64,000 bases of DNA from Desulfomonilia bacterium (lineage in GTDB: Bacteria; Desulfobacterota; Desulfomonilia; UBA1062). Under the pieces are notes generated by a model. It searched no databases, was not told the origin of the DNA, and saw only the letters and a program-made list of their open reading frames with translations. The stretch is from the NCBI GenBank assembly GCA_963664325.2, contig CAXXDQ010000003.1, positions 1,146,169-1,210,168 on the forward strand, read 5' to 3'. This document shows, piece after piece, positions 1-9,494 of this stretch; position 1 is the stretch's first letter, and each line of letters begins with the position of its first letter. A program made the translations under genes and the position numbers.

Positions 1-784
1 CGCCGTTGAAGGCGTCACCTGCGCCTGTCGTATCCAGGACATCGACTGCAAACGGGTCAATGATATATTCCGCTGATTCCGCCAGTACGAACGCCCCTTT
101 GCCGCCCATCGTTATTATAACGGTTCCGGTGCCTTTTCTTTTGATAAGATGGGAAGCGATTGCCGCGTCTTCAAATGTTGAGACCTTAATGCCCGAGATG
201 ACCGATGCCTCGGTTTCATTGGGCGTGAGGATATCGACCATTGCCAGGAGCTCATCCGGGAGTGGAGACAGCGGGGCCGGCGCAGGATTAAGTATGACCT
301 TTATGCCTTTTGAATGTGCAATCTCCACAGCTTTGATAATCGCATCCATGTTTGTCTCGAGCTGCACGAGAAGCACGCTGGAACCTTCTATATGAGCACG
401 TGCCGATTCGATCTCGGCAGATGAGATATGATCGCATGCCCCCGGCGTGACCAGTATCTGGTTTTCACTCGTGTTTTCATCCACCATGATAAGGGCGGTT
501 CCCGTGGGGTATTCACCGTCCTGCATGATGAATGAGGTCTCCATACCCTCTTTGCAGAAGCTGTCCAGGGCGATCTTTGCAAAGGCATCAGTCCCTATTT
601 TGGTGATCATTGTAACTTCTGCGCCTGACCGGCAGGCCGCCACTCCCTGATTGGAGCCCTTGCCGCCTGGGCCGATTACGAATTGCGAACCCTTGACAGT
701 TTCCCCGTGCACGGGCAGGTGGTGTGCCCGCGCCATCAGATCGACAATGAAACTACCCATGACGGTTACCCGCGGTTTTGACAT
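1..784 (-). CDS. rbsK: Ribokinase / PfkB-family sugar kinase; C-terminal end runs off the window start; absent from the supplied ORF track
   Basis: Manual minus-strand translation from the ATG at 782-784 gives MSKPRVTVMGSFIVDLMARAHHLPVHGETVKGSQFVIGPGGKGSNQGVAACRSG...VDVLDTTGAGDAFNG. It carries the GGKGxNQ and DTTGAGDAF PfkB/ribokinase signatures and stays open to position 1. The + strand ORFs 6..395, 447..650 and 651..929 are shadows of it. Confidence 0.85.
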   Translation of the reverse strand, partial: MSKPRVTVMGSFIVDLMARAHHLPVHGETVKGSQFVIGPGGKGSNQGVAACRSGAEVTMITKIGTDAFAKIALDSFCKEGMETSFIMQDGEYPTGTALIMVDENTSENQILVTPGACDHISSAEIESARAHIEGSSVLLVQLETNMDAIIKAVEIAHSKGIKVILNPAPAPLSPLPDELLAMVDILTPNETEASVISGIKVSTFEDAAIASHLIKRKGTGTVIITMGGKGAFVLAESAEYIIDPFAVDVLDTTGAGDAFNG

Positions 785-830
785 CTTTTGCGCTCCCATA
801 TTAAATATTGAAGGTGCAAGGATAAGAAAA

Positions 831-863
831 AGCGGCGCAAAAGACAAGCGCCGCTTTTGTTTT
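831..863 (-). terminator. Rho-independent terminator hairpin downstream of the GH1 gene
   Basis: AGCGGCGC (831-838) pairs with GCGCCGCT (848-855) across a 9-nt loop. A/T runs flank both sides, so a T-tract is present on either strand. It lies between the GH1 stop (948) and the ribokinase start (784). Confidence 0.6.
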
Positions 864-947
864 CATATAAAGTTTTTGTGCCGATCCGGGTGCTGTCCAT
901 GCAAAGCACGTATTACCGTATGTGGATAAACTCACTATCCCGGATGA

Positions 948-2231
948 TTATTCCCTGGGTTTATAATCGTCCGGGAGGCCGCGATCGGCAATGATGTCCC
1001 TGTATGTCTGGACCGCATCGGTCGGGATGCGCTCAAGTGCCGGATCGCTCAGGACATTCACGGTATACAGGCCGAAGCGCTCATCATAATCACCCCATTC
1101 ATAGTTGTCTGTAAGAGACCAGTAGAAATAGCCTATCACCTTCACTCCCTCGTTCATGGCCTTCTGCATCCAGTAGACATGGGATTTAAGGTGCTCGGAC
1201 CTCGTCCAGCCGTCCGGCCGCGGCTTGCCGTTCTCGGTGGCCATTCCGTTTTCAGCGATCATGATGGGCAGACCGGGATATTCCCGGCCGTATTTTTTCA
1301 GGGCCTTGTACAGGCCCTCGGGGTATAAGGTGCAGAGCCACTTCTTTCCGTCGGCCGGCAGCAGGCCATAGAGTGAAGTGAAGTTATAGTAATAGTCTAT
1401 GGCGAGGAAATCGATCTTGTCGTCTATATCGTCGAGCACATATTCTCTCTGAATGATATCACTGTTGATAATGAAACCCAGGAGCCAGTGCCTGAACTGC
1501 ATGTAATACATGTTTGCTGATACAAGGCTTTCCGGGTCAAGCTTATGGATGAGGTCATAGGCTTTTCTATGGGCAGTGACGATGTTTTCCTTGACCTTGC
1601 CGGCGGCGAACGGGTCGATCTTGCCTGGAGCTGTAAAGCCGACTGCCCAAGACATGATCGGCCATAAATTGGGCTCGTTGAAGGTAATCCAGTACTTAAC
1701 CCTGTCACCGTAGCGGGCCACCACCAGGTCGACGTAGCGAAGGTAGTAGTCTACCACCAGCGGATTCTCCCATCCGCATTCATCCTCCAGCCACTGGGGA
1801 TAGTTGAAGTGGATAAGGGTCACCACCGGCTGCATTCCCCCGGCAGTGATGGCGTCGATGAGATCATCGTAGTAGGCCAGGGCGTCCTGATCGATCACAC
1901 CACGCGCCGGTTCGATCCTGGACCATTCGATGCTGATCCGGAAGGCATTATTCCCCATGTTTGCAGCAAGATTAATATCTTCTCTATATCGGTGGAGAAA
2001 ATCAACAGCCAGGCCGACCCTGTCCTTGGTATGTCCCTGACTGTCCCATGCAGCCCACACGCTTGTTGTGTCTCCTCCCTCGGACTGAAAGCCCGCGGTT
2101 GACACACCCCAAAGAAATTCGGCAGGAAACTTCTTCAAACAGCCACAGAAAAACAGACACACCAGAAGAAAGGCGAAAGCGGACAACTTACGGTAAGATA
2201 AACTCCTCATACCACAATCCCCACTTTTCAT
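948..2231 (-). CDS. Glycoside hydrolase family 1 (beta-glucosidase/beta-galactosidase type) with an N-terminal hydrophobic signal/lipobox-like segment
   Basis: GH1 signatures are FPAEFLWGVSTAGFQSEGG, TFNEPN (acid/base Glu) and MIAENGM (nucleophile Glu). The N-terminus is MRSLSYRKLSAFAFLLVCLFFCGC. The true start may be the internal Met at 2210. Confidence 0.9.
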   Translation of the reverse strand: MKSGDCGMRSLSYRKLSAFAFLLVCLFFCGCLKKFPAEFLWGVSTAGFQSEGGDTTSVWAAWDSQGHTKDRVGLAVDFLHRYREDINLAANMGNNAFRISIEWSRIEPARGVIDQDALAYYDDLIDAITAGGMQPVVTLIHFNYPQWLEDECGWENPLVVDYYLRYVDLVVARYGDRVKYWITFNEPNLWPIMSWAVGFTAPGKIDPFAAGKVKENIVTAHRKAYDLIHKLDPESLVSANMYYMQFRHWLLGFIINSDIIQREYVLDDIDDKIDFLAIDYYYNFTSLYGLLPADGKKWLCTLYPEGLYKALKKYGREYPGLPIMIAENGMATENGKPRPDGWTRSEHLKSHVYWMQKAMNEGVKVIGYFYWSLTDNYEWGDYDERFGLYTVNVLSDPALERIPTDAVQTYRDIIADRGLPDDYKPRE

Positions 2232-2460
2232 TATTTAAACGAAGAGATACACAATTATAAATCAAAAAAATTTGCTTCACAAGCTTCCGTCCAAAAACAG
2301 ATTAAAAGAGACAGATCCAAGAGCTTATTCATAAGGCCTGAAAGGAATTATCCTCTTAACCATAACCTGCCAAGTGGACAGAGATAATGAAGAGTGAATC
2401 GCCGTCCAGATTAATTGATTCTTCACTGTTTTGAATTCGCAATTTATGTTCCAAGCCTTG

Positions 2461-2490
2461 TTGACAGGTTCCTTCAGATGAGGATACAAT
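2461..2490 (+). promoter_or_regulatory. Sigma70-like promoter (TTGACA, 18-nt spacer, TACAAT)
   Basis: TTGACA is at 2461-2466 and TACAAT at 2485-2490. It lies directly upstream of the small + strand ORF region. Confidence 0.45.
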
Positions 2491-2513
2491 TGAAAATAAT
2501 TACATGAGTATTA

Positions 2514-2876
2514 TTGAAACACTTAACCGGACAAGGACGAACGTTTTGCGAGGTATCTCAGATGGTAACAGATTTAACAACGAGAGAGCTTATCAGCTAT
2601 GTTGCCCAGTATGGGTTCAAACATACCGAAGAGCAGCTGGATAATTTCCTTAATGATCTTTTAATCCAGACCGAGAAGGAACCGTACAGAACAATACTGC
2701 ATGACCTTGTTTCAATGTATCATGAAGGCAGAGCAAACCCTCATTGGGTGCATGTTTACAGGTGCGGTGAAGACCAGTTCAAACGTATTCATGAAGTACT
2801 CAACAAAGGAGGGGAATTAAAATATATCTGTTACTCTCCTTTAAAAGAAAACATAGGGGCAAAGATAAAATTTTAA
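2514..2876 (+). CDS. Hypothetical small protein (start uncertain)
   Basis: The ORF follows a good promoter and I recognise no family. An ATG at 2504 opens a different frame that overlaps the 5' end, so the real N-terminus is unresolved; a Met at 2560 is also possible. Confidence 0.35.
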   Translation: MKHLTGQGRTFCEVSQMVTDLTTRELISYVAQYGFKHTEEQLDNFLNDLLIQTEKEPYRTILHDLVSMYHEGRANPHWVHVYRCGEDQFKRIHEVLNKGGELKYICYSPLKENIGAKIKF

Positions 2877-3116
2877 TATAAGCTGTAATCCAATGACTAA
2901 ACGGGAATTATTCTTACAGATGTTGAATGGGTTTTCAAACACAACCCGATAAAAACTCCTTTTCACCCTGACAGGAAGTATGGATTATGGTCAGCTTTAT
3001 GGATGGAAAGCCTTTTCCATAGATGTCATCTCTCGAAAGAATGGACATTACATTCTCTAATTCTCCTGTACCATCTTCCATTAATTATTCTGTTAAGAGC
3101 GTTTCAGCCCGCGTTT

Positions 3117-3860
3117 TTATGATCCGAATATCGATTTGATACACAATTCACCATAGTTGGATATCTGCTCCCATGCGCTTTTCGTATCGAGTGTATTATA
3201 CGTTGCCGGATTGATCACGCCATAAGGAAACATGGTGATGATATTGCCGCGTGCGTAATCAATCATCCAGCAGCTGTCCACATACCGGAAAACCCTGCGG
3301 GTTCCCTTCTTCAGATAGGCTGTGTCTCCGGCTAGATACACGGATCTTTCAAACTGACCGGGATCAAAGGTGTCCATTTCTCCAGCTACCATGCAGTCCC
3401 ACACATCCGCTTGAGTATAATAGCCGGAAAAACCGGTGGCCCCGATGGGAGTACCGAAGAAAGCCACATATTCGTTTGGCGAAGCATATACGACAGCGAT
3501 ATTGCAGATCACATTGCCGGCGGCGTTAAAAGTCCATTTAAGCGTGTCAGTTATTACACCGGGATGCCTCTGCGCCAGTTCCGCGCGCATCATCTCCCAC
3601 CTGTCTTTAAGGGGCAGGTTTGCGCCCATGTTGGCTATGCTCTGGATTTCTTCCGGTGTGAAAACATATTGCGTGCTTTTTCCGCTCGAGCCTATTGTCG
3701 TCGTCAGCTTTTTATAAAGTTGATTGACCGAATCCATGGTGGGATTTCCATCTGCGGGCAGAGTCGACTGTATTTCAGCTTGTGTACCCTTGGGATCAAT
3801 GCATCCGGCCGTCATGAGAAAGGGGATGAACAATATGATTGACACTATATATCTTTTCAT
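3117..3860 (-). CDS. ERG2 / sigma-1 receptor family (sterol C-8 isomerase-like) lipoprotein
   Basis: The lipobox is LMTAGC. The C-terminal 150 aa align by eye to yeast ERG2 and sigma-1R: WTFNAAG...YASPNEYVAFFGTPIGATGFSG...LKKGTRRVFRY...YARGNIITMFPYG...NTLD versus EWVFNNAGG...[22 protein letters not shown]...LKKGYAKQY...LAQGWIPCMLPFG...STLD. Confidence 0.7.
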   Translation of the reverse strand: MKRYIVSIILFIPFLMTAGCIDPKGTQAEIQSTLPADGNPTMDSVNQLYKKLTTTIGSSGKSTQYVFTPEEIQSIANMGANLPLKDRWEMMRAELAQRHPGVITDTLKWTFNAAGNVICNIAVVYASPNEYVAFFGTPIGATGFSGYYTQADVWDCMVAGEMDTFDPGQFERSVYLAGDTAYLKKGTRRVFRYVDSCWMIDYARGNIITMFPYGVINPATYNTLDTKSAWEQISNYGELCIKSIFGS

Positions 3861-4247
3861 AAAAACCTCCTCAGGAATTTAATGGCTAAAATCAGCTGAA
3901 CCGTATCCCGATGCAAAATACCATGAATTTGAATTACTGTTAAAACATAAATATGAAGAATCTGAAATTTACATATACAATATCCGGCGAAATTATTGGG
4001 GTCCCGGAAATCATGGATGTGCAGGATAAACGCAATTCAATTGATCTCAAATCATTGATGATCATAACGCAAGATTTTGTAGAAATTGCATCCTTTAATG
4101 AAACATGTGGATTGAACAAATATAAAAATGTATGTTGGGTTTGATTAAAATGGCAGATTAACCTGTAGAAAACTTTTATCGGGTGGCTTTAAGGCAGGGG
4201 CTGAAAAAATACTTAAGATAACACGAAAATTATTTATATACGGGGAA

Positions 4248-6320
4248 ATGAAAATGTCCATTAAGAAAAATGTAATTCCGCATGATCAAATGATTGGAAT
4301 GCCATTTATGAATCCTGCAGCGGATCACGAGCAAAGAATCGAGGATCTGTTGTCACGGCTCACGGTCGAAGAGAAGTGCCTGCTTTCAGCCGGCAAGAAA
4401 ATGTGGACGACTAAACCCGTTCCCCGCCTGGGAATACCTCCATTCGGGATGACCGACGGTCCAAACGGTATGGCATTCCATTCCTCAGGCTTTAAAAGAA
4501 ATACCGCCTATCCCACCAGTATCTGTATGGGGGCGGCATGGAACCCGGAGCTGGCCTATGATTTCGGCTTGACCTATGCCCGGGAGGTAAGGGCAGCAGG
4601 TAACAGGCATATGATTCTGGGACCGGGCATCAATATTCATCGCTCACCGTTAAATGGACGCACTTTCGAATATCTTGGGGAAGACCCTTTCCTGGTCTCG
4701 AAATTGGTCGTGCCGATAGTAAAGGGGATCCAGAGTCAGCGGATAGTGGCATGTGTCAAACATTATGCATGTAATAACCAGGAAACCAGGCGGATGAACA
4801 TCGATGCGATAGTTGATGAGCGTGCCTTGCAGGAGATTTATCTCCCTGGCTTTAAAGCGGCAGTCCAGGAAGCGGATGCACTTTCTTTGATGGCTTGCTA
4901 CAACAAGCTCAATGGATTCTACGGATGTGAGAATCCTGATTTGCTTATAAAGCGTCTTAGAAAGGAATGGGGATTCAGGGGCTTTGTCGTATCAGACTGG
5001 TTTGCCACAAAAGGCACCAGCGGTACTGATGGTTGTGTCAACGGAGGGCTAACCCTTGAAATGCCCACAATGGGCAGGTATAACAAGCTGGTTCCATCCA
5101 GAATCATTTCAGCCGTTCAGGCAGGCAGGATAAATGAAAAGACTCTTGACGAAAATATTCGCCGGTTGCTCCGGGCCATGTTTTTCGCAGGGCTTTTCGA
5201 TGATCCCGGGACCTTGCCCAAAGGAAGCCGCAACACCCGAGAACATTATGAAGTGGCAAAAAAAATAGCTCAGGAAGGCATGGTCCTCCTTAAGAATGAA
5301 AAGTCGTTTCTACCCCTTGATGTCAGTAAAGTTAAAAAAATCTGCGTACTGGGTCGGAATGCGAACAGAAAGCAGGCACTCCCGATAATAGGAGGCAGTT
5401 CTGCAGTCTGGCCGAAATATGAAATCACCCCATTGCGCGGTTTGAAAAACAAGTTAATAAATAAAGCCCTATTCGTAAAGAAACCCTCTGATGCCGATGT
5501 TGTTGTAGTCGTTGTCGGGCTAAACCATAATCCCGGGAAAGATGCCGAAGGAAAAGATCGTCCGGGACTGGAACTGCCTGAAAAAGACATCCGGTTAATT
5601 ATGGCCACGGCAAGAGCAAATGCCAACACAGTGGTGGTGCTGGTGAACGGAAGCCCTGTTGCGGTAGACCCCTGGATTGATTTAGTTCCGGCCGTACTTG
5701 AGTCTTGGTATGGAGGACAAGAAGCCGGTACAGTTATAGCGGATATACTATTCGGTGATACAAATCCTTCCGGTAAGTTGCCATTGACATTCCCCAGGAA
5801 GCTTGCTGATTCCCCGGCGCATGCAAGTCCGAAATCATTCCCTGGCGATCTGAAAGAACTTAAGGTTTACTATGATGAAGGCATTTATGTGGGATACCGC
5901 CATTTTGATGCAAAAAATATTGAGCCGGCCTTTCCCTTTGGGTTTGGGCTTTCATATACCGAGTTCAAGTATGAAAACTTAGCGCTTGATAAAACTCAAC
6001 TCAGGGGAAATGATACATTAACTCTCAGCGTAGATATTATTAATTCAGGGTCTCGTTCCGGTGCAGAGGTGGTCCAGCTCTATATTCATGACGCAGAAGC
6101 AGGCATCGACCGCCCGCCAAAAGAACTCAAGGGCTTTTGTAAAGTTCATCTGGAAGCAGGTGAACGCAGGACGGTAAGCTTTAAAATCACATCAGCTGAT
6201 TTGAGTTTCTTTGATCCCCGCAAAAACGCCTGGACTGCTGAGCCCGGCTCCTTTGTCATCATGGTTGGCAGTTCATCCCGGGATATACGGCTGGAGCAGG
6301 AATTTAATTATTCAGAATAA
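4248..6320 (+). CDS. Glycoside hydrolase family 3 beta-glucosidase (no signal peptide)
   Basis: The GH3 N-domain, the nucleophile context GFVVSDW, the C-terminal alpha/beta domain and a terminal Fn3-like domain (VVQLYIHD...ELKGF) are present. Confidence 0.9.
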   Translation: MKMSIKKNVIPHDQMIGMPFMNPAADHEQRIEDLLSRLTVEEKCLLSAGKKMWTTKPVPRLGIPPFGMTDGPNGMAFHSSGFKRNTAYPTSICMGAAWNPELAYDFGLTYAREVRAAGNRHMILGPGINIHRSPLNGRTFEYLGEDPFLVSKLVVPIVKGIQSQRIVACVKHYACNNQETRRMNIDAIVDERALQEIYLPGFKAAVQEADALSLMACYNKLNGFYGCENPDLLIKRLRKEWGFRGFVVSDWFATKGTSGTDGCVNGGLTLEMPTMGRYNKLVPSRIISAVQAGRINEKTLDENIRRLLRAMFFAGLFDDPGTLPKGSRNTREHYEVAKKIAQEGMVLLKNEKSFLPLDVSKVKKICVLGRNANRKQALPIIGGSSAVWPKYEITPLRGLKNKLINKALFVKKPSDADVVVVVVGLNHNPGKDAEGKDRPGLELPEKDIRLIMATARANANTVVVLVNGSPVAVDPWIDLVPAVLESWYGGQEAGTVIADILFGDTNPSGKLPLTFPRKLADSPAHASPKSFPGDLKELKVYYDEGIYVGYRHFDAKNIEPAFPFGFGLSYTEFKYENLALDKTQLRGNDTLTLSVDIINSGSRSGAEVVQLYIHDAEAGIDRPPKELKGFCKVHLEAGERRTVSFKITSADLSFFDPRKNAWTAEPGSFVIMVGSSSRDIRLEQEFNYSE

Positions 6321-6490
6321 ATAAATATTTACTCGTAATAATTCCGATCGGCTCCGACGGACAGGTGATCCTCATACAATTCCATAATGTACATCCCGCT
6401 ACTCTCGGGCAGGCATTTTCTTTTGACCGTTGCCGCAAATGTATGGATTTCATCCCGCAGGTTGATGGTGCAAGTGATCCTCAAGAAACG

Positions 6491-7777
6491 CTACCAGCCC
6501 CGGGCATCAGCCTGGTTGGCCAGTTCGCTGAAGGCAGTCTTTTCCGAACCGTTGGAATAACGCAGTCCCAGGGTCTTGAGGTATTCCTTGAAGCGCAGAT
6601 CAGAAATGCCGAAATACCCGGCATACATATCGACCTGGGATTGTGTGAGGTCGTGAAGCCATTCAAAATTAACCGCCGTGACGACGTCGTCATGCGCGTC
6701 CCATGCCGAGAACATGTTTGCCACGAAGCGCCTCTGCAATTCCTCCGAGCTGGCACAGAGCGTGCCTGAAGGATAACCGGCCTCCAGGAACAGTATCTTT
6801 CTTCCGGGATACAGGGCGATAAGTGAAGCGAAGTCCGCACTCACCACATCGGGGTTTTTCACAGTGAAGTCTGCGTTCAATGGGTAATAGGTGATGAATA
6901 TCGCCTCTGAATTGGCATTGAGCGTCTGGATCTGGGCGGTCCGGCTGGTCACAGTGCCGTCAAAGGTGGTTTTAACGCCCACTGCCGTCTGCGCCGAAAC
7001 TTTGGCTTTCACATAAGACGAGGTCAGGTTGTAAAAATCAGTATACTCAGTCCATCTTGCTGTGTTGGCGCCCAGGTAGACGTCCATCTCGCTGCCCAGG
7101 GCTATCAATATGAGGGTGACAGCGGAAAGCCTCGACAGCACGTGGTCAACCAGGTTTTCGTAGCGCTGCACAACGGCAGCGTCGTTCCAGGCAAGCACAC
7201 GCAGGTCGGCAGGTCTGCGGTCAGACACTGTATCTGCGCTGCTGAGGATGAGCGCGAGCTTCATTCCCTGCGCAGGGTAGTATACATTGGCTATGTCGAG
7301 CCAGGTGTCGTCATACACACCCGGCAGGGTTTCAACCGTATCCCAATCGAGTGTGAGCGTCACGAATTCATTCCCTATGCTTTTCGCCAGGTTGAATGCG
7401 TCGTCGTAGGTTCCCGACTGGCTCTGTGTGATGTCAATGCCCAGCAGACGGCCTCCGCGCGGCTTGACCGTTGCATCGGTTATTGTCCATGTCTGCTTAT
7501 CCGTGCCTAGAAAATGGGTAGCCGTAACCCTCAGGCTGTGCTCCCCGCCCGCCGCTGTATATATGTAACTTTTTCCCAGTCCGGTCACAGGAGCGCCGTC
7601 CAGCGTCCAGTCGAACGTTGCATTTGAAGGCAAGACGGATAAAGTAAATGTCTTCTGTTCCCCAATGGGCACCGACACTCTGTTTGCATTCGGCGACTTT
7701 GACAGGATGCACCCGCTCGGCACGGTTGAAATAATAATGATAAACATGAATACTGCGGACTTTCTCATGGCAACCAC
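6491..7777 (-). CDS. Lipoprotein with an N-terminal Ig-like module and a glycoside-hydrolase-like TIM-barrel domain
   Basis: The signal plus lipobox is STVPSGC. An Ig-like segment (VSVPIGEQKTFTLSVLP...WTLDG) follows. The rest has the alternating pattern of a clan GH-A-like barrel, with candidate catalytic Glu in GSEMD and FLEAGYPS. I do not recognise the family. Confidence 0.55.
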   Translation of the reverse strand: MVAMRKSAVFMFIIIISTVPSGCILSKSPNANRVSVPIGEQKTFTLSVLPSNATFDWTLDGAPVTGLGKSYIYTAAGGEHSLRVTATHFLGTDKQTWTITDATVKPRGGRLLGIDITQSQSGTYDDAFNLAKSIGNEFVTLTLDWDTVETLPGVYDDTWLDIANVYYPAQGMKLALILSSADTVSDRRPADLRVLAWNDAAVVQRYENLVDHVLSRLSAVTLILIALGSEMDVYLGANTARWTEYTDFYNLTSSYVKAKVSAQTAVGVKTTFDGTVTSRTAQIQTLNANSEAIFITYYPLNADFTVKNPDVVSADFASLIALYPGRKILFLEAGYPSGTLCASSEELQRRFVANMFSAWDAHDDVVTAVNFEWLHDLTQSQVDMYAGYFGISDLRFKEYLKTLGLRYSNGSEKTAFSELANQADARGW

Positions 7778-7818
7778 CTTCCGGTTATTTACATCTTTTT
7801 ATAACAATATATCGAGTG

Positions 7819-8925
7819 CTATTTGAGGCTACGCACCATCTCCAGGAAGTATTCAAAATGTTTCAGCGGCACTTCAGGCGGAACCGCATGGTCAAGGGAC
7901 GGTATGTAGCCGCCGCTTGCGAGCATGAAGGGGACCTTTTCCTGCACCTCTCTCCTGAGCGAGTCCACATCCCGGGCAAGGGCCATCTTGTCCAGGCCGC
8001 CCATGATCATAAGCTTGTTGCCGAATGTCTCCCTCACCCTGCGGATATCCATGCCGGCATTTACTTCGAATGGGAGCATGAAATTCACGCCCGTCTCGAT
8101 GAACAGGGGGATGAGGAGCCACACATCGCCGTCGCTGTCGACACCGAAGACCTTTATCCCGGTATCCGCCTTGAGCGAATCGATGAGCTCTTTGTAATAA
8201 GGGCTCATGAATTCCCTGAATGCAGAGGGGGAGATAATTGGCCCGTTCTTGTAGGACATGTCTTCCCAGAAATATATCCAGTCAATGGGAACCCTGGTAC
8301 AGATATTCTTGATGAGGGTGCTGTGCATATGGACCCAATGCCGTGCAATGGCATGGACGAGGGCCGGGTCCCGCCGCATGGCAATCGAGATGCCCTTGAG
8401 CCCCATGAGATTTCTGAAAGTACCGAAGAGCCCGCAAAGGATGATATTGGTGTACTTGTCCGCGGTCGCATTGGCATAATCAATCATGATGTCCAGGAAT
8501 CCGCTGAACCGCTCCGGATTTTCCGGGTCGAGACGCCATCTGATACCCTCGAAATCCCGCATGGTCTTGACCGGGCTCTCTATGATTTGGGGGATCGTCG
8601 ATTGCCCTCCTGAGAGGACCTTGATGGTGTTCCCCCCGGTGTCTATCTTGATCACATACGCTTCTTCCTCTTCCAGGATATCCTCTTCGAACCTGGGCCA
8701 GAAACCCGGCTCTATGGTCGGATCGGGGGTAATCGGAACCCATCGCTGGGGGTCGAACCCGAAATATTCGGGTGCCGTGAAGGTATCATCGTTTATCGTT
8801 TCCGGCAGCCCTTCCTTGTGCCAGCGGGCATAGGTCTCCTTCCAGAATCCTATCGTCTCGTACCTGATGGGCCTGTCCAGCTTTTCGAAAGCGCATGTTG
8901 CGTGGAAGCGTTCCCTGACATTCAT
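7819..8925 (-). CDS. Uroporphyrinogen decarboxylase (URO-D) family protein, paralog 1
   Basis: It is 368 aa with a URO-D-like TIM-barrel pattern (MNVRERFHATCAFEKLDRP..., GVDSDGD, GGYIPSLDH) and no signal peptide. Confidence 0.7.
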   Translation of the reverse strand: MNVRERFHATCAFEKLDRPIRYETIGFWKETYARWHKEGLPETINDDTFTAPEYFGFDPQRWVPITPDPTIEPGFWPRFEEDILEEEEAYVIKIDTGGNTIKVLSGGQSTIPQIIESPVKTMRDFEGIRWRLDPENPERFSGFLDIMIDYANATADKYTNIILCGLFGTFRNLMGLKGISIAMRRDPALVHAIARHWVHMHSTLIKNICTRVPIDWIYFWEDMSYKNGPIISPSAFREFMSPYYKELIDSLKADTGIKVFGVDSDGDVWLLIPLFIETGVNFMLPFEVNAGMDIRRVRETFGNKLMIMGGLDKMALARDVDSLRREVQEKVPFMLASGGYIPSLDHAVPPEVPLKHFEYFLEMVRSLK

Positions 8926-9419
8926 AATGCAATGTCTGTTACCATATCGTAAATATCAATGCAAAAAAAACGCATCCGTTCTATCCTTTTCTGAAACAAT
9001 CATTATTCCGGTAAAGACATATGAAATGCTTTTTAAAACACAGTTGAATTCTTTGTAAGAATGGGGCAGACGCTTTGTCTCATTTATTAGCTTCCGGAGA
9101 ATACCCTGTTTTCATTTTTTACAATAATTTACATTCAAAAAACAATTTCTTTACAACCATGACGTATAGACAAACTTATTGATTGAGAAAACAAGGGCAG
9201 GGAGAAAGTCAAGCTTAAGCATGAGATAAGCGGGAGACCTGATATGTGTATAGCGTTTGTTGATTACTTAATGAAATTCTACAATGTTTTAAGTCCCGGT
9301 CAGCAGAATATTCTGTTCAGCGATGGCAGTAGGAAAAAGAAAGAACGCCACTGACTGCATGCTAAAAAATAAAAACATCATGGCAAGCGGTCACAACAGG
9401 ATTTACCCATACTCTTTTT

Positions 9420-9461
9420 GCCCCCAAAAACCTCCTCCTCATATTTTGGGGGCTTTTTTTT
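9420..9461 (+). terminator. Strong rho-independent terminator on the + strand inside a minus-strand gene cluster
   Basis: GCCCCCAAAA (9420-9429) pairs with TTTTGGGGGC (9444-9453) across a 14-nt loop, and a T8 run follows (9454-9461). Confidence 0.7.
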
Positions 9462-9494
9462 AACAAGAACAGAATCTGATGAAAGGAGAAATAC

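Noticed and set aside
6-929. Three + strand ORFs (6..395, 447..650, 651..929) listed in the track
   Set aside because: They lie antisense to a clear ribokinase reading frame (minus strand, 1..784) and have low-complexity Ala/Ser/Pro-rich translations with no motifs. They are shadow ORFs.
6362-6480. 10-bp direct repeats GTGATCCTCA at about 6364 and 6473, between the convergent GH3 and lipoprotein genes
   Set aside because: A single pair of short repeats in a convergent intergenic region has no associated mobile-element or regulatory context. It is compatible with chance.
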